Source: a virus
Direction: 5' to 3' (one strand)
Length of the DNA: 64,000 bases
Virus record (IMG/VR): IMGVR_UViG_3300032304_001060
Location: 30,729 to 94,728 of that record
Numbering within the stretch: the stretch's first letter is position 1; each line of letters begins with the position of its first letter. The notes under the pieces were generated by a model. It did no database searches, was not told the DNA's origin, and was given only the letters and a program-made list of their open reading frames with translations. Shown here piece by piece: positions 44,922 to 53,741 of the stretch. Position numbers and translations under genes: made by a program.

Positions 44922-47287
44922 GAAACACCCATTCTATTTAGTTCTAGGTCATTTTCTAGATAAGACTTTACTTTTCTAGCAAATCTCATTGCTTCATCTT
45001 CTGAGGCTTTGTCAATCTTTAGTGTGATGTTAACGGTTCTATCTCCGCTGACCATGTTAGGGGCAGAACCCGATAACCCAGATCCTCCATATCCTGAAGA
45101 TGCTCCGCCAATACCTACCTTTTTAGATGAGTTTACCCAGGCATCAGTCCACTTAGTTCCACTCTTAGAAATATCAAAGGCAATTCGTGCATTGATATCT
45201 GGGTCGTACAGGCTCTCTGGACCAGTGTATCCGTACTTTCCGTACTGTTCTAAGTACTTCTCGTTACGGCGTTTTCCAAGATTGCCAATCATATTGATTT
45301 GGAATAACCCTAAGGAGTAATCTCCTGTACTAGCATTTGGGTTTAAAGCGCCAGGACGTCCGCCTGATTCGGCTCGCGCAATTTTCATGGCGTTCTCTAA
45401 ACCTTGCCCACTAAATCCTGCTCTCATTAGAGTGTTTCTTAGTGTTGAATCATCTAACGCATTTTTGCTGTAGTTACCGCTTCCAACGTATGCCGTCCCT
45501 GCAGAAGAAGAGCCAGAGCCACTAGTTAAAGATTTTCCTAGAACATCTGAGTACTTTGGAATGATGGTTGAGTATGCTGGATCGAGAATGGAGCCACCGC
45601 TACCGATTAGTGCACTTGGATCTACAGGGTTATTTTTTCCATTACGAACTTCAAAGTGAAGGTGCGGCCCAGAAGCATTTCCTGATTCACCAGACTTTCC
45701 AATATTTTGCCCACGCTTTACTTGGTCTCCAACTTTTACATTTTTTCCACTCAAGTGAGCGTAGATGCTTTGCATACCATTTGAGTGGTCGATCATAATT
45801 GACGTTCCATAATCGGCATTGATGTCTACTTGAGAGACGATACCGTCCATGGCTGCTTTGACAGGTGTTCCTACAGGGACGTTGTAATCCATACCTGTGT
45901 GGTTTCCATTGGTGGATCCCCACATTTCAGCATCCTTAGCATTGTAGGCTGCATTGATGCCTCCTTGAACAGGAGCCATTCCTCCTGCTGCTCCTCCCTT
46001 ACCGAATGCAGCGCCAAAACCTGTGGTACCGCCACCCTTACCTTTACCACGTGTAAGTACTAGGCTAGTTACCTGTTTGAGGACATCGATAATGCCCTTT
46101 CCTCCATTTCCAAGACTTGTACCGCCTAGGCCTCCAAAGAAGCCTTGCATTTGAGCCAGAGGACTTCCAGCAAGAGTTCCGCCAAGACCTCTAGTAAATG
46201 CCTCAACCGCATCTGCAGCGTTCTCAAAACCGACAGTCATTCGCTCTGTTGCTTTAGCCATTAACTCTGCTTGTGAGGCATTTATACGACCAGCAGCCTC
46301 AAGCATAGTGTTTTCATTTCCACCAACGGCTTTTGCATTTCTTAAATCTGGATTACGTCCTGATGCTTTATCGATCATGGCTTGATACAGCATCTCTTGT
46401 TGTTCAGAACTAAAGCCCATGGTTCGAAGGTTTGCTCCAAGAGCACCGCGCTGATAGGACTCTTGGACTTGCTTAACCGATGCTCCAGAAGCGCCCATGA
46501 GCCCCATTAACTCTGTAGCCATTTGACCCATAGATTTATTTTTACCAGTCTTGGGATCATAGGTAGTCATGCCGTACTGGTATAGGTTTGCACCCATTGA
46601 GCCCGTCTGCATACCTGAGATTGCTTGAGCAGCAACTGCGTTATCCATACCTAAGTATTTGTAAGCACCGCCAACTTCAGCAGCCGCCATTGTGTAGTTT
46701 GCTGAACCTGGAGCATAACCAGCACTTGCAAGGATGTTTGCAGTGATGCCACCGCCTGCTGCACTTGAGAATCCTCCACGCATTGCTCCACGAGTGGCTC
46801 TCTCTAGACTAGCGCGATTTATTCCTGGACTCTTTAATCCAGCCTGGTAGTACATTGCTGCATTGTTCATCGTAGAACCGACATCTGGAAGAAACGCAAA
46901 CGCTGCATTTGCTGTGCCTGTCGCAATGTTTACAGCAGTCTGTGCTCGGAACTGTCCAACAGTTTGTCCAAAACCAAAAGTACCAAGACTGGTGGACATG
47001 GAGTTTCCTCCGCCTCCGCCTCCTCCACCAAAACTAGCGCCCATCATGGCTTGAGATGCACGACTAGTGGTATCTGGGAAACGAGCATTATCTGTTCCCA
47101 AAGTTACTTGAGGACCTTGCCCGTTACCCATCTGACCACCAACAGCGTTGATAGCGCCGTTGGTTCGGGTGATAGCACTAGCAGATACGTCGTTGATTTT
47201 TGTAAGAGTCTTGAGAAGACTATCGGCACTCTTTTGGAGTTTATCGACGCCCGTCGTCAAGGACTGCATCTTTGAAACCATTGTCAT
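44918..47287 (-). CDS. tape measure protein with M23 peptidase and lytic transglycosylase domains
   Basis: Ala/Gly-rich N half; HTGMD, YAHL, HLHFE (M23); RAESGG, GLFQIN (SLT). Confidence 0.88.
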   Translation of the reverse strand: MTMVSKMQSLTTGVDKLQKSADSLLKTLTKINDVSASAITRTNGAINAVGGQMGNGQGPQVTLGTDNARFPDTTSRASQAMMGASFGGGGGGGGNSMSTSLGTFGFGQTVGQFRAQTAVNIATGTANAAFAFLPDVGSTMNNAAMYYQAGLKSPGINRASLERATRGAMRGGFSSAAGGGITANILASAGYAPGSANYTMAAAEVGGAYKYLGMDNAVAAQAISGMQTGSMGANLYQYGMTTYDPKTGKNKSMGQMATELMGLMGASGASVKQVQESYQRGALGANLRTMGFSSEQQEMLYQAMIDKASGRNPDLRNAKAVGGNENTMLEAAGRINASQAELMAKATERMTVGFENAADAVEAFTRGLGGTLAGSPLAQMQGFFGGLGGTSLGNGGKGIIDVLKQVTSLVLTRGKGKGGGTTGFGAAFGKGGAAGGMAPVQGGINAAYNAKDAEMWGSTNGNHTGMDYNVPVGTPVKAAMDGIVSQVDINADYGTSIMIDHSNGMQSIYAHLSGKNVKVGDQVKRGQNIGKSGESGNASGPHLHFEVRNGKNNPVDPSALIGSGGSILDPAYSTIIPKYSDVLGKSLTSGSGSSSAGTAYVGSGNYSKNALDDSTLRNTLMRAGFSGQGLENAMKIARAESGGRPGALNPNASTGDYSLGLFQINMIGNLGKRRNEKYLEQYGKYGYTGPESLYDPDINARIAFDISKSGTKWTDAWVNSSKKVGIGGASSGYGGSGLSGSAPNMVSGDRTVNITLKIDKASEDEAMRFARKVKSYLENDLELNRMGVS

Positions 47288-47291
47288 CTGC

Positions 47292-47450
47292 TTAGTCCTT
47301 TCGGCTTATATTCTCGGCTATCTCTAGCCAATTCTTTCTGTCTCTTCTAGATAATTCTTTGATCTCTGTCAGCGTCCACCCTGTGAAGGATGTGGTTAGT
47401 TTTGACCATTCCGATAATAGATATGGGAACGGCACAAAACTAGAATCGAA
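47292..47450 (-). CDS. tail chaperone C-terminal extension (probably reached by +1 frameshift)
   Basis: GWTLTEIKELSRRDRKNWL; no ATG or SD after upstream stop; +1 frame relative to 47440-48252. Confidence 0.6.
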   Translation of the reverse strand, partial: FDSSFVPFPYLLSEWSKLTTSFTGWTLTEIKELSRRDRKNWLEIAENISRKD

Positions 47451-48252
47451 ATAAGGTCCCAAGGTTAATGGGAACAGGTACCTCACTTTCGCAATCTGGA
47501 CAGGTAACGTTGATACTGTCAAATTGCGGTCCGCATAAACGGCCATTGATTTCATCAATGATCTTTTTGCGATCTGTAAGTCCAAGATTCTGTACTTGAA
47601 GTTTACTTAGAACAGGCGAGGTATCGATCTTCAACACAGAGTTCTCTAGCATGATAGTGTTCAATTCTGCTGTTGTTTTATCTGAGTTATTGATCATTTC
47701 CTTCTGTGCAATACCTGTTGGTAATTGAACAGTGAAAACATTCTTACGGCCTTGGACTGTGAACACACGGTCATTGATTGGATCTGGAAGAACCTTAACC
47801 TTGATGTCTGTGTCGAGGTCAACAGAGACTGCCTTAAAGTTCTTGCATCCTTCGCAGTATGCTTCAAGTTCAGCCTCTTTACCGAACGTTGCTTTAAAAA
47901 TTCCTAAGATCAACATGTCTCTGTCTCCAGAGAGCATCTGATCTAAAATTTGCTCTGTAACTTTCTCGTTTCCAACACGCACAGTTCCACGATTAAGGAT
48001 CGTTAGAATTGCTTTTCCAATGTTAGAACTACGGGATATTGCTTCTTCATCATTGCCGTTGAGTTCTCTTACCTCTGCTTCAGTAACGATCTCCCCAGCG
48101 GCATTGATATAGCCGCCAGGGAGAATCACTACTGTATCTGAAGGAGAGATAATATGAACTTCTGGTTTTGGCTCTGGACGTTCCTCCATTGCCTGATTGA
48201 TGAGATTATTTGCCAATGCGGGATTAGCCGCTGCTGAGATTGTGTTAGTCAT
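47440..48252 (-). CDS. tail/baseplate assembly chaperone (T4 gp26-like)
   Basis: VRELNGNDEE, GDRD, CEGC, CPDC; between tube and tape measure genes. Confidence 0.8.
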   Translation of the reverse strand: MTNTISAAANPALANNLINQAMEERPEPKPEVHIISPSDTVVILPGGYINAAGEIVTEAEVRELNGNDEEAISRSSNIGKAILTILNRGTVRVGNEKVTEQILDQMLSGDRDMLILGIFKATFGKEAELEAYCEGCKNFKAVSVDLDTDIKVKVLPDPINDRVFTVQGRKNVFTVQLPTGIAQKEMINNSDKTTAELNTIMLENSVLKIDTSPVLSKLQVQNLGLTDRKKIIDEINGRLCGPQFDSINVTCPDCESEVPVPINLGTLFRF

Positions 48253-48264
48253 TTTATTCCTTTG

Positions 48265-48864
48265 TTAGAATGCTGCTGCTTGTGTTGTTAGGTTTGGTGC
48301 CCAGTTTACGTCAAAACCTTCATGAACTAGAGACATCTGCTCTACAAAGAGAGCATTGTCTCCAGCGTTAAGGTCTGAATATGCCACAGCAGTTGGCCAG
48401 CAGTTGTATACGTGGAAACGCATGGCTACATGGTCTTTGGTTCCAACTGTGTCTGTTGATGTCTGAGCACCAGGAATTGGGTGAGATAGAACTTCAATCT
48501 CTAGATCGCAACGGAAGTTCTTGTCTACGCCACGTGTTCCGCCACCTTGTACGGTAGCAAACATGTTACGCATCCAATCCCAGTTCTGCTTTGTTCCAAG
48601 GATTACGCCACGTTGCAGTGTAATCGGTGTAAACGAAGTTTGACCAGGGATCTGGTGAACAGTGGTGTTGTATCCACCTTCACGGTAAGGGATAGAGTCA
48701 GTTGTTACGGCCATGCCAGATACAGAGGTAAATCCAAACGTTGCTGAATTTAACGCTGCCAATGACGTGTTACTTGAGTCTTGCGGAATAAATGTGACTA
48801 GAAACCTAAAGTTTCTAAGCGGATCGGTTAACAGGGTTGACCGATTGTTGATGACTGTTGCCAT
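48265..48864 (-). CDS. tail tube protein (T4 gp19-like)
   Basis: DPLRNFRF, YREGG, PITLQRG, NCWP, LVHEG. Confidence 0.93.
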   Translation of the reverse strand: MATVINNRSTLLTDPLRNFRFLVTFIPQDSSNTSLAALNSATFGFTSVSGMAVTTDSIPYREGGYNTTVHQIPGQTSFTPITLQRGVILGTKQNWDWMRNMFATVQGGGTRGVDKNFRCDLEIEVLSHPIPGAQTSTDTVGTKDHVAMRFHVYNCWPTAVAYSDLNAGDNALFVEQMSLVHEGFDVNWAPNLTTQAAAF

Positions 48865-48884
48865 TATTTAGTTTCTCCTTCGGA

Positions 48885-50417
48885 TTAGTTCAGCGTCTTT
48901 TGGCTGAGGTCGATGACGATGAACTCTGCTGGGTACTGAAGTGCCACACCAACTTGGACGTGGACCTCTCCATTAGCGATTTGTTGCTCAGAGTTGTTTT
49001 CCGCGTCGCACTTGACGAAGAAAGCCTGAGCAACGGTTGCTCCACGAAGACCGCCTTGATTGCGGTACTCGTTGAGGAATACAGTGATGTTGCTATTAAT
49101 ACGTGCCCACAAGCGCTCATCGTTGTTTTCAAAGATTGCAAACTCTGTGAGGTTCTTGAGGTTCTTGCGGATGTAGATAAGTGAACGACGCATGTTGACA
49201 TACTTGTTTGCTGTTCCATCCTGCAGGAGAGTGCGTGCACCCATGACCGCTAATCCAGCGCCAGGGATCTGACGAATTGGGTTAACAGGAGAGTTAGCAG
49301 AATTCATGGAATCAAGTTCTGCTGAAGTGAATGTCTTTTCTACAGCAACAACTCCTTGAAGAGTTGCAGTGATACCTGCAGGAGCCTTAAATACTCCTCT
49401 AGATGCATCTGTAGAAAGATAGAGTCCTGCAACTGCTCCTGCTGGAGCAACCTTGCGAAGAGCCCCAGCACCGCGACCTAGTGGGTCAGCGATAAAGAGG
49501 TGTGGGTAGTAGACAGCAGCGTGGCTAGTATCTGTAAGACCAGCAGCAAAAGAAACTGCTTCTGTAACAGTCCTGTTCTCGTCGGTAGAGACAACTACAA
49601 AACCATTGTTCTCTTCTGCCCATGCCGTTGCATCATTAAATACTGAAGCCTCCGCTGTTGCAAGTGAGTTCCAAATTCCTGGAAGGAATATCACAAGAGG
49701 GCGATCTAAAGATGAGAACCCTGCAAAAACTGAAGCGCTTGTTGATTGATAGTTGGTGTAATCTGCAGCAACTGGAGTAGTTCCATCTGTTCCTCCTGTA
49801 AGAGGATAAACTCCTAGAACAGGAACTCCTGCAGCACTATTACTAATGGTGATGTTTGCTGACACAAGATTGACCACCGTTTGAGCATAGTCACTTGACG
49901 TTGGATCGCTAAATACAACGTTTTCGTAACGCTCCAGTACAATGTCATCATCAAAACCTGCAGTTACTTTTCCACTAACGATTGTGCCTGCAACACCTGA
50001 CTCTTTGAGAACAGTCAGTGTGTATGTGCTTGCAACACTTCCTGCAGTTACTTGAACACGAAGGTTATTTCCATCTGTTCCTTTGTTCTTGGAAGTTACT
50101 CTGAAGACAGTGACTGCACCTGATGTTGCTACATCTACAGTGGCAGCGGCTGCATTTGCTGCTAGGAGGCGCTTGACGTAAAGTTCACGGCCACCATTGT
50201 TGAAGAAAGCCGCTACTTCAAAAGTAGCGGGGTAGGAAGCATTGTAGCCTCCAAAGGTCTTGGTAAATTCATACCAAGAGTTAACGAGAGTTACTGCTTC
50301 TGGTCCTTGTCCAAGAGGTGCGACAATCGCACCAGCAGCATTTGCTGTTACTCCACCTGCGAGAGGTGCGGTAAGGAGGCGCTCACTGATGTAAACACCT
50401 GGGCGGCTATAAGCCAT
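48885..50417 (-). CDS. tail sheath protein
   Basis: RPGVYI, RGVFKAPAG, GARTL, YVNMRR, FENNDERLW, PAEFI. Confidence 0.95.
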   Translation of the reverse strand: MAYSRPGVYISERLLTAPLAGGVTANAAGAIVAPLGQGPEAVTLVNSWYEFTKTFGGYNASYPATFEVAAFFNNGGRELYVKRLLAANAAAATVDVATSGAVTVFRVTSKNKGTDGNNLRVQVTAGSVASTYTLTVLKESGVAGTIVSGKVTAGFDDDIVLERYENVVFSDPTSSDYAQTVVNLVSANITISNSAAGVPVLGVYPLTGGTDGTTPVAADYTNYQSTSASVFAGFSSLDRPLVIFLPGIWNSLATAEASVFNDATAWAEENNGFVVVSTDENRTVTEAVSFAAGLTDTSHAAVYYPHLFIADPLGRGAGALRKVAPAGAVAGLYLSTDASRGVFKAPAGITATLQGVVAVEKTFTSAELDSMNSANSPVNPIRQIPGAGLAVMGARTLLQDGTANKYVNMRRSLIYIRKNLKNLTEFAIFENNDERLWARINSNITVFLNEYRNQGGLRGATVAQAFFVKCDAENNSEQQIANGEVHVQVGVALQYPAEFIVIDLSQKTLN

Positions 50418-50449
50418 GGTTTTCTCCTAACTAGTTGGGTAAAGGTTCC

Positions 50450-51163
50450 TTATGGTGCCGTAATAGTGATCGGATCGATATCAGTAAAGTCGCCACGTCC
50501 AAGGACTTGGCTATCTCCTGTACCAGTAACATCAACTTGCAACACTTGATACATCTTGTTGTATAGTTCTGGCGCAATCTCACTTGAGATACGCACTGTG
50601 AAAGCGTTTACGAACAAACGCTTTCCTTGCTCTGTGACATCCCGCTTTGAGATATCTAGAACATCTAAACGACGGACTGTTCCGTAAACAGTGTTGTCGC
50701 CTATCTCCAATGTGCCAAAGCGCAATGGAAGCCTTGTTGTCATCAACTGAGCCAAGATTTGACGGTCATGGCGTGGCTGACGAGAGTAGGTGGTTACTTG
50801 GTAGTCAATGTTAACTGGGATTGGAAAATTAATGTCCCAGTTGTGAACCCCTGAGCCATATGAAACGCCTTGTACTGCTTGTACTCCTTGAGTTCCCTGG
50901 ACTGGTGTAACCATCCAAGTTGGATTAGCAATATATGCGGGCTTAACACGGCCACGTTGTGCACGACCAAAGTCTTCAGCCACATCAATCATATCTACTG
51001 TGATGTATGGGTACTTCTGTTCTGTAATTTCCTGATCAGGCTGTCCGAACCACACGCCCACAGCACGAGTTGTCGCTGGAGATGAGGCTGCCTTCTGATC
51101 TGTTACCGTCAATCCCTTCAAGAGATTGCGGATGGCTTCGTCTTCCTCAAGTAAGAATGTCAT
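50450..51163 (-). CDS. tail terminator/sheath-completion protein
   Basis: YPYIT, PVNIDYQV..YSR; directly upstream of sheath. Confidence 0.65.
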   Translation of the reverse strand: MTFLLEEDEAIRNLLKGLTVTDQKAASSPATTRAVGVWFGQPDQEITEQKYPYITVDMIDVAEDFGRAQRGRVKPAYIANPTWMVTPVQGTQGVQAVQGVSYGSGVHNWDINFPIPVNIDYQVTTYSRQPRHDRQILAQLMTTRLPLRFGTLEIGDNTVYGTVRRLDVLDISKRDVTEQGKRLFVNAFTVRISSEIAPELYNKMYQVLQVDVTGTGDSQVLGRGDFTDIDPITITAP

Positions 51164-51471
51164 AGGTCACCTAGGTGCTTGGCTAGTCGTTGAATAAAGA
51201 AAGACTCTGCTTCGTGGGATCTGTTGTTAGTGCGACGAATGGCAGCGGTAGGGCGCTTGCCTGGAGTTCCGTACTCGAAGTCCTTTACCTGATCTAGATG
51301 GCTGCTGTGTGTATGAGCCTCAAAACCATCCTTGCCGTATGTGACATGGGTAGAACGTACAAGATCCTCTGGCCATTTACTGTTACGGGTTTCATCACGT
51401 AGATGAGCAGTCACGAATCTCGATGTCTCGTGTCCTGAATTTTTTATGGCGCTGTGGATTTTATCCTTCAT
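51160..51471 (-). CDS. hypothetical neck/tail-completion protein
   Basis: FEYGTPG motif; ATGA overlap. Confidence 0.6.
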   Translation of the reverse strand: MKDKIHSAIKNSGHETSRFVTAHLRDETRNSKWPEDLVRSTHVTYGKDGFEAHTHSSHLDQVKDFEYGTPGKRPTAAIRRTNNRSHEAESFFIQRLAKHLGDL

Positions 51472-51580
51472 CGGGTTACCACCTGGGTAGGCGTAAGCAG
51501 CATGAATAAATCCCCTTAAACAGCGCAAGTAGTTGGGACTACACAGACCCGCAGCGGGTTACTGATACTGCAATGATAAA

Positions 51581-51604
51581 GAAAAAGGCCCCTGTGTAGG
51601 GGCC
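51581..51604 (-). terminator. Rho-independent terminator
   Basis: minus strand GGCCCCT-ACAC-AGGGGCC-TTTTTC. Confidence 0.85.
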
Positions 51605-51611
51605 AATCTCT

Positions 51612-51896
51612 TTACTTCTTTTTCTTCTCCCGCTTGTCTTCGGCTTTCTCGCCCTTCTTGCCTTCCTTGGCTTCGTGGCGCTTTTCCTGAGACTTTATCT
51701 TTCTGATGATGGCGTCGTCCTTCTTGCGATCTTCAGCAATAGTGGCAGGCTTCTTCTTCTTGCCGTGAGCCTTGTCCATCTTCTCGAACTTCTCTTTTTC
51801 TTCTTTGTCAAGACCAGCACGCTTCTTTAGGCGAGCATCCATCTTCTCGTCCTTAGACTTGGTGTACTCACCCTTCATAAAGGATGGGGTAGCCAC
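51612..51896 (-). CDS. Lys/Glu-rich small protein
   Basis: 94 aa, highly charged, GTG start coupled to upstream TAG. Confidence 0.7.
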   Translation of the reverse strand: MATPSFMKGEYTKSKDEKMDARLKKRAGLDKEEKEKFEKMDKAHGKKKKPATIAEDRKKDDAIIRKIKSQEKRHEAKEGKKGEKAEDKREKKKK

Positions 51897-52015
51897 TAGA
51901 TGACCTTCTTCTTAGGCTTCTTCTTGAGGGCCTTGAAGTCAGCGCCAGTAATCTTGTCCGTTGGCTTTGCAGCATTAGCGATCTTCTTCTGCTTTGGAGT
52001 AAGAGTCTTCTTCAT
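51896..52015 (-). CDS. Lys-rich small protein (39 aa)
   Basis: MKKTLTPKQKKIA...KITGADFKALKKKPKKKVI; GAGGAG RBS. Confidence 0.65.
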   Translation of the reverse strand: MKKTLTPKQKKIANAAKPTDKITGADFKALKKKPKKKVI

Positions 52016-52080
52016 GGCTTGCTCCTCTTACAGGTACTGCATGTGCACTTACAGCCTCTTGTTTTACAGGAAAGAGCCAT
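52012..52080 (-). CDS. 22-aa Cys/Lys peptide
   Basis: MALSCKTRGCKCTCSTCKRSKP; TAATG and ATGA couplings. Confidence 0.45.
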   Translation of the reverse strand: MALSCKTRGCKCTCSTCKRSKP

Positions 52081-52199
52081 TACTTCTTCTCTTTCTTCTT
52101 CTTGTCGTCCTTCTTCTTTGCGTACTTCTTGTTTGCAGCGGCTAGAGTCTTCTCACCGTGCTTATCTTTTGGCTTCATACATCCGCATGTGGCACACAT
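52080..52199 (-). CDS. Lys-rich small protein with MCATCGC N-terminus (39 aa)
   Basis: MCATCGCMKPKDKHGEKTLAAANKKYAKKK... Confidence 0.6.
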   Translation of the reverse strand: MCATCGCMKPKDKHGEKTLAAANKKYAKKKDDKKKKEKK

Positions 52200-52343
52200 C
52201 TACTTGCTCACTTTCTTCTTAGTCTGTTTCTTGGATTTTGGAACGCCCCTATCAGGGACGCAGTTTGGAACTTTCTTGCCATTCTTCATCTTCATACCGA
52301 CCTGGGTATATCCATCCCAGCAAGGATCTGTCTTCTTTGGCAT
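52200..52343 (-). CDS. Lys-rich small protein, CWxGY...VPNCVP family
   Basis: PCWDGYTQVGMKMKNGKKVPNCVP. Confidence 0.7.
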   Translation of the reverse strand: MPKKTDPCWDGYTQVGMKMKNGKKVPNCVPDRGVPKSKKQTKKKVSK

Positions 52344-52600
52344 TAGCAATCCCACTTTCTTAACGCCAACGCTTTGCGAGTTGGCTTGCCGTTCTTCTCC
52401 ATAGGACCTTCCACACCACCCATACGGGCGCAAAAAGATTTGCGACGTGCTGCAGATTTTGGTGATTTCTTTGCTTGCTTTGCAGACACTGGCGGCTTTA
52501 AGTTATGTCCTTCTTTTTTAGCAGAAGCACGACCCTTGGCGTTTAGTCCACCTTCTGGGTTCTTACCTTCTTTACGCTGCCATGCTGCGGTCTTAGCCAT
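52343..52600 (-). CDS. DUF6321-like basic protein
   Basis: AWQRKEGKNPEGGLNAKGRAS...RRKSFCARM...ALRKWDC. Confidence 0.8.
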   Translation of the reverse strand: MAKTAAWQRKEGKNPEGGLNAKGRASAKKEGHNLKPPVSAKQAKKSPKSAARRKSFCARMGGVEGPMEKNGKPTRKALALRKWDC

Positions 52601-52781
52601 TTTTCTTATGCCAATCTTTTGTCGCCTTTACTCCTTGAGCAATAGTCTTAGAGCCAGCCTTCTTTGTCAGGTTAATCTTGTCGTACTTCCCTTTGTCTCC
52701 AGGATGATCAACAATAATTTCGCCTTTTTTGTTCTTCTTAATGGTGTGCTTCTCACCAGCAGCCTTGATTGTCTTGGCCAT
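52593..52781 (-). CDS. Lys-rich small protein
   Basis: 62 aa, TAATG coupling. Confidence 0.65.
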   Translation of the reverse strand: MAKTIKAAGEKHTIKKNKKGEIIVDHPGDKGKYDKINLTKKAGSKTIAQGVKATKDWHKKNG

Positions 52782-52984
52782 TACTTCTTTACCTTTACTG
52801 AAGAAGAATTCTCTTTGGCGTGCTTCTCTTGGAGTTTAGCGAGTTCTACCTCGTGCTTTTTCTGCAGGGCTTCAACTTCTAACTTCTGAGATGCTCGTGG
52901 CTTAGTTGACATGGCTGCAAGTCCTCCTCCATTTGGATACGTCAATGGTGCTGCTTTTAACTTTGTTCGGTTATGGTTTTCCAT
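52781..52984 (-). CDS. small basic protein
   Basis: MENHNRTKL...; GGAG RBS. Confidence 0.6.
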   Translation of the reverse strand: MENHNRTKLKAAPLTYPNGGGLAAMSTKPRASQKLEVEALQKKHEVELAKLQEKHAKENSSSVKVKK

Positions 52985-53396
52985 CAAAATTTTCTCCAAA
53001 CAAGTAGTTTAGCAAAGAAAGGATAGTCCCTTTATCTTCTCGTAACAACCCAATTGCTGTATTGCATCCATGACATAAAAGCCCTCTTACTTCAAGGGTT
53101 TCGTGGTTATGGTCAATATGAGTTGATTTGCTTTTGTACTCTAAAGAAGTTTTACAGACCTTACATTTTCCATTTTGTTCTATAAACAACGACGAATAAG
53201 ATTCTTCATTTAAACCGTACCGACGTTTCATATTAGAGCGCCACCCATAAACAGCAGTTATTTCTGGGTTGTTTTTACGAAACTCTTTAGTACGTAATGC
53301 CTTACATGTAGAACAATAACTATCACCATTTTGGTGATACTTTCTTGTTTTCTCCATGTTATGGCCACGGGTACAAGTGGTTACTTTATTTGCCAT
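52971..53396 (-). CDS. endonuclease VII-family (probable homing) endonuclease
   Basis: QNGKCKVC...HIDHNH...VRGLLCHGCN. Confidence 0.88.
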   Translation of the reverse strand: MANKVTTCTRGHNMEKTRKYHQNGDSYCSTCKALRTKEFRKNNPEITAVYGWRSNMKRRYGLNEESYSSLFIEQNGKCKVCKTSLEYKSKSTHIDHNHETLEVRGLLCHGCNTAIGLLREDKGTILSLLNYLFGENFDGKP

Positions 53397-53571
53397 TCTT
53401 TTTTTTCTTTGAAAGTCTCGTTTCTGAAAGAGCAATAGCAACCGCCTGCTTCTTTGACTTAACGACAGGCCCCTTACCAGGGCCCTTCTTTCCAGAGTGC
53501 AACTTTCCTTCTTTGTACTCTTTCATGACAGTTTCAACTTTACCTTTAGATGCTTTCTTTGCTGCTGCCAT
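53386..53571 (-). CDS. DUF6496-like basic protein
   Basis: KVETVMKEYKEGKLHSG...VKSKKQAVAIALSE. Confidence 0.8.
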   Translation of the reverse strand: MAAAKKASKGKVETVMKEYKEGKLHSGKKGPGKGPVVKSKKQAVAIALSETRLSKKKKNGK

Positions 53572-53729
53572 TACTCTTCCTCTTTCTCGTCATCTTCGAA
53601 GTCTTCGAAGTCATCTTCATCCCAGTCATCATCTTCATCATCAAACTCATACTCTTCAAGATCCTCTAAGTCAATGCCATCGGCTTCGAGGATGAGGTCC
53701 TCGTTAAACTCAGTCTCAAAGTCTTCCAC
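53571..53729 (-). CDS. extremely acidic small protein (52 aa, 33 Asp/Glu; not in ORF track)
   Basis: GTG start after AAGGAG; MEDFETEFNEDL...DDEDDDWDEDDFEDFEDDEKEEE; TAATG-coupled. Confidence 0.7.
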   Translation of the reverse strand: MEDFETEFNEDLILEADGIDLEDLEEYEFDDEDDDWDEDDFEDFEDDEKEEE

Positions 53730-53741
53730 TTACATCTCCTT

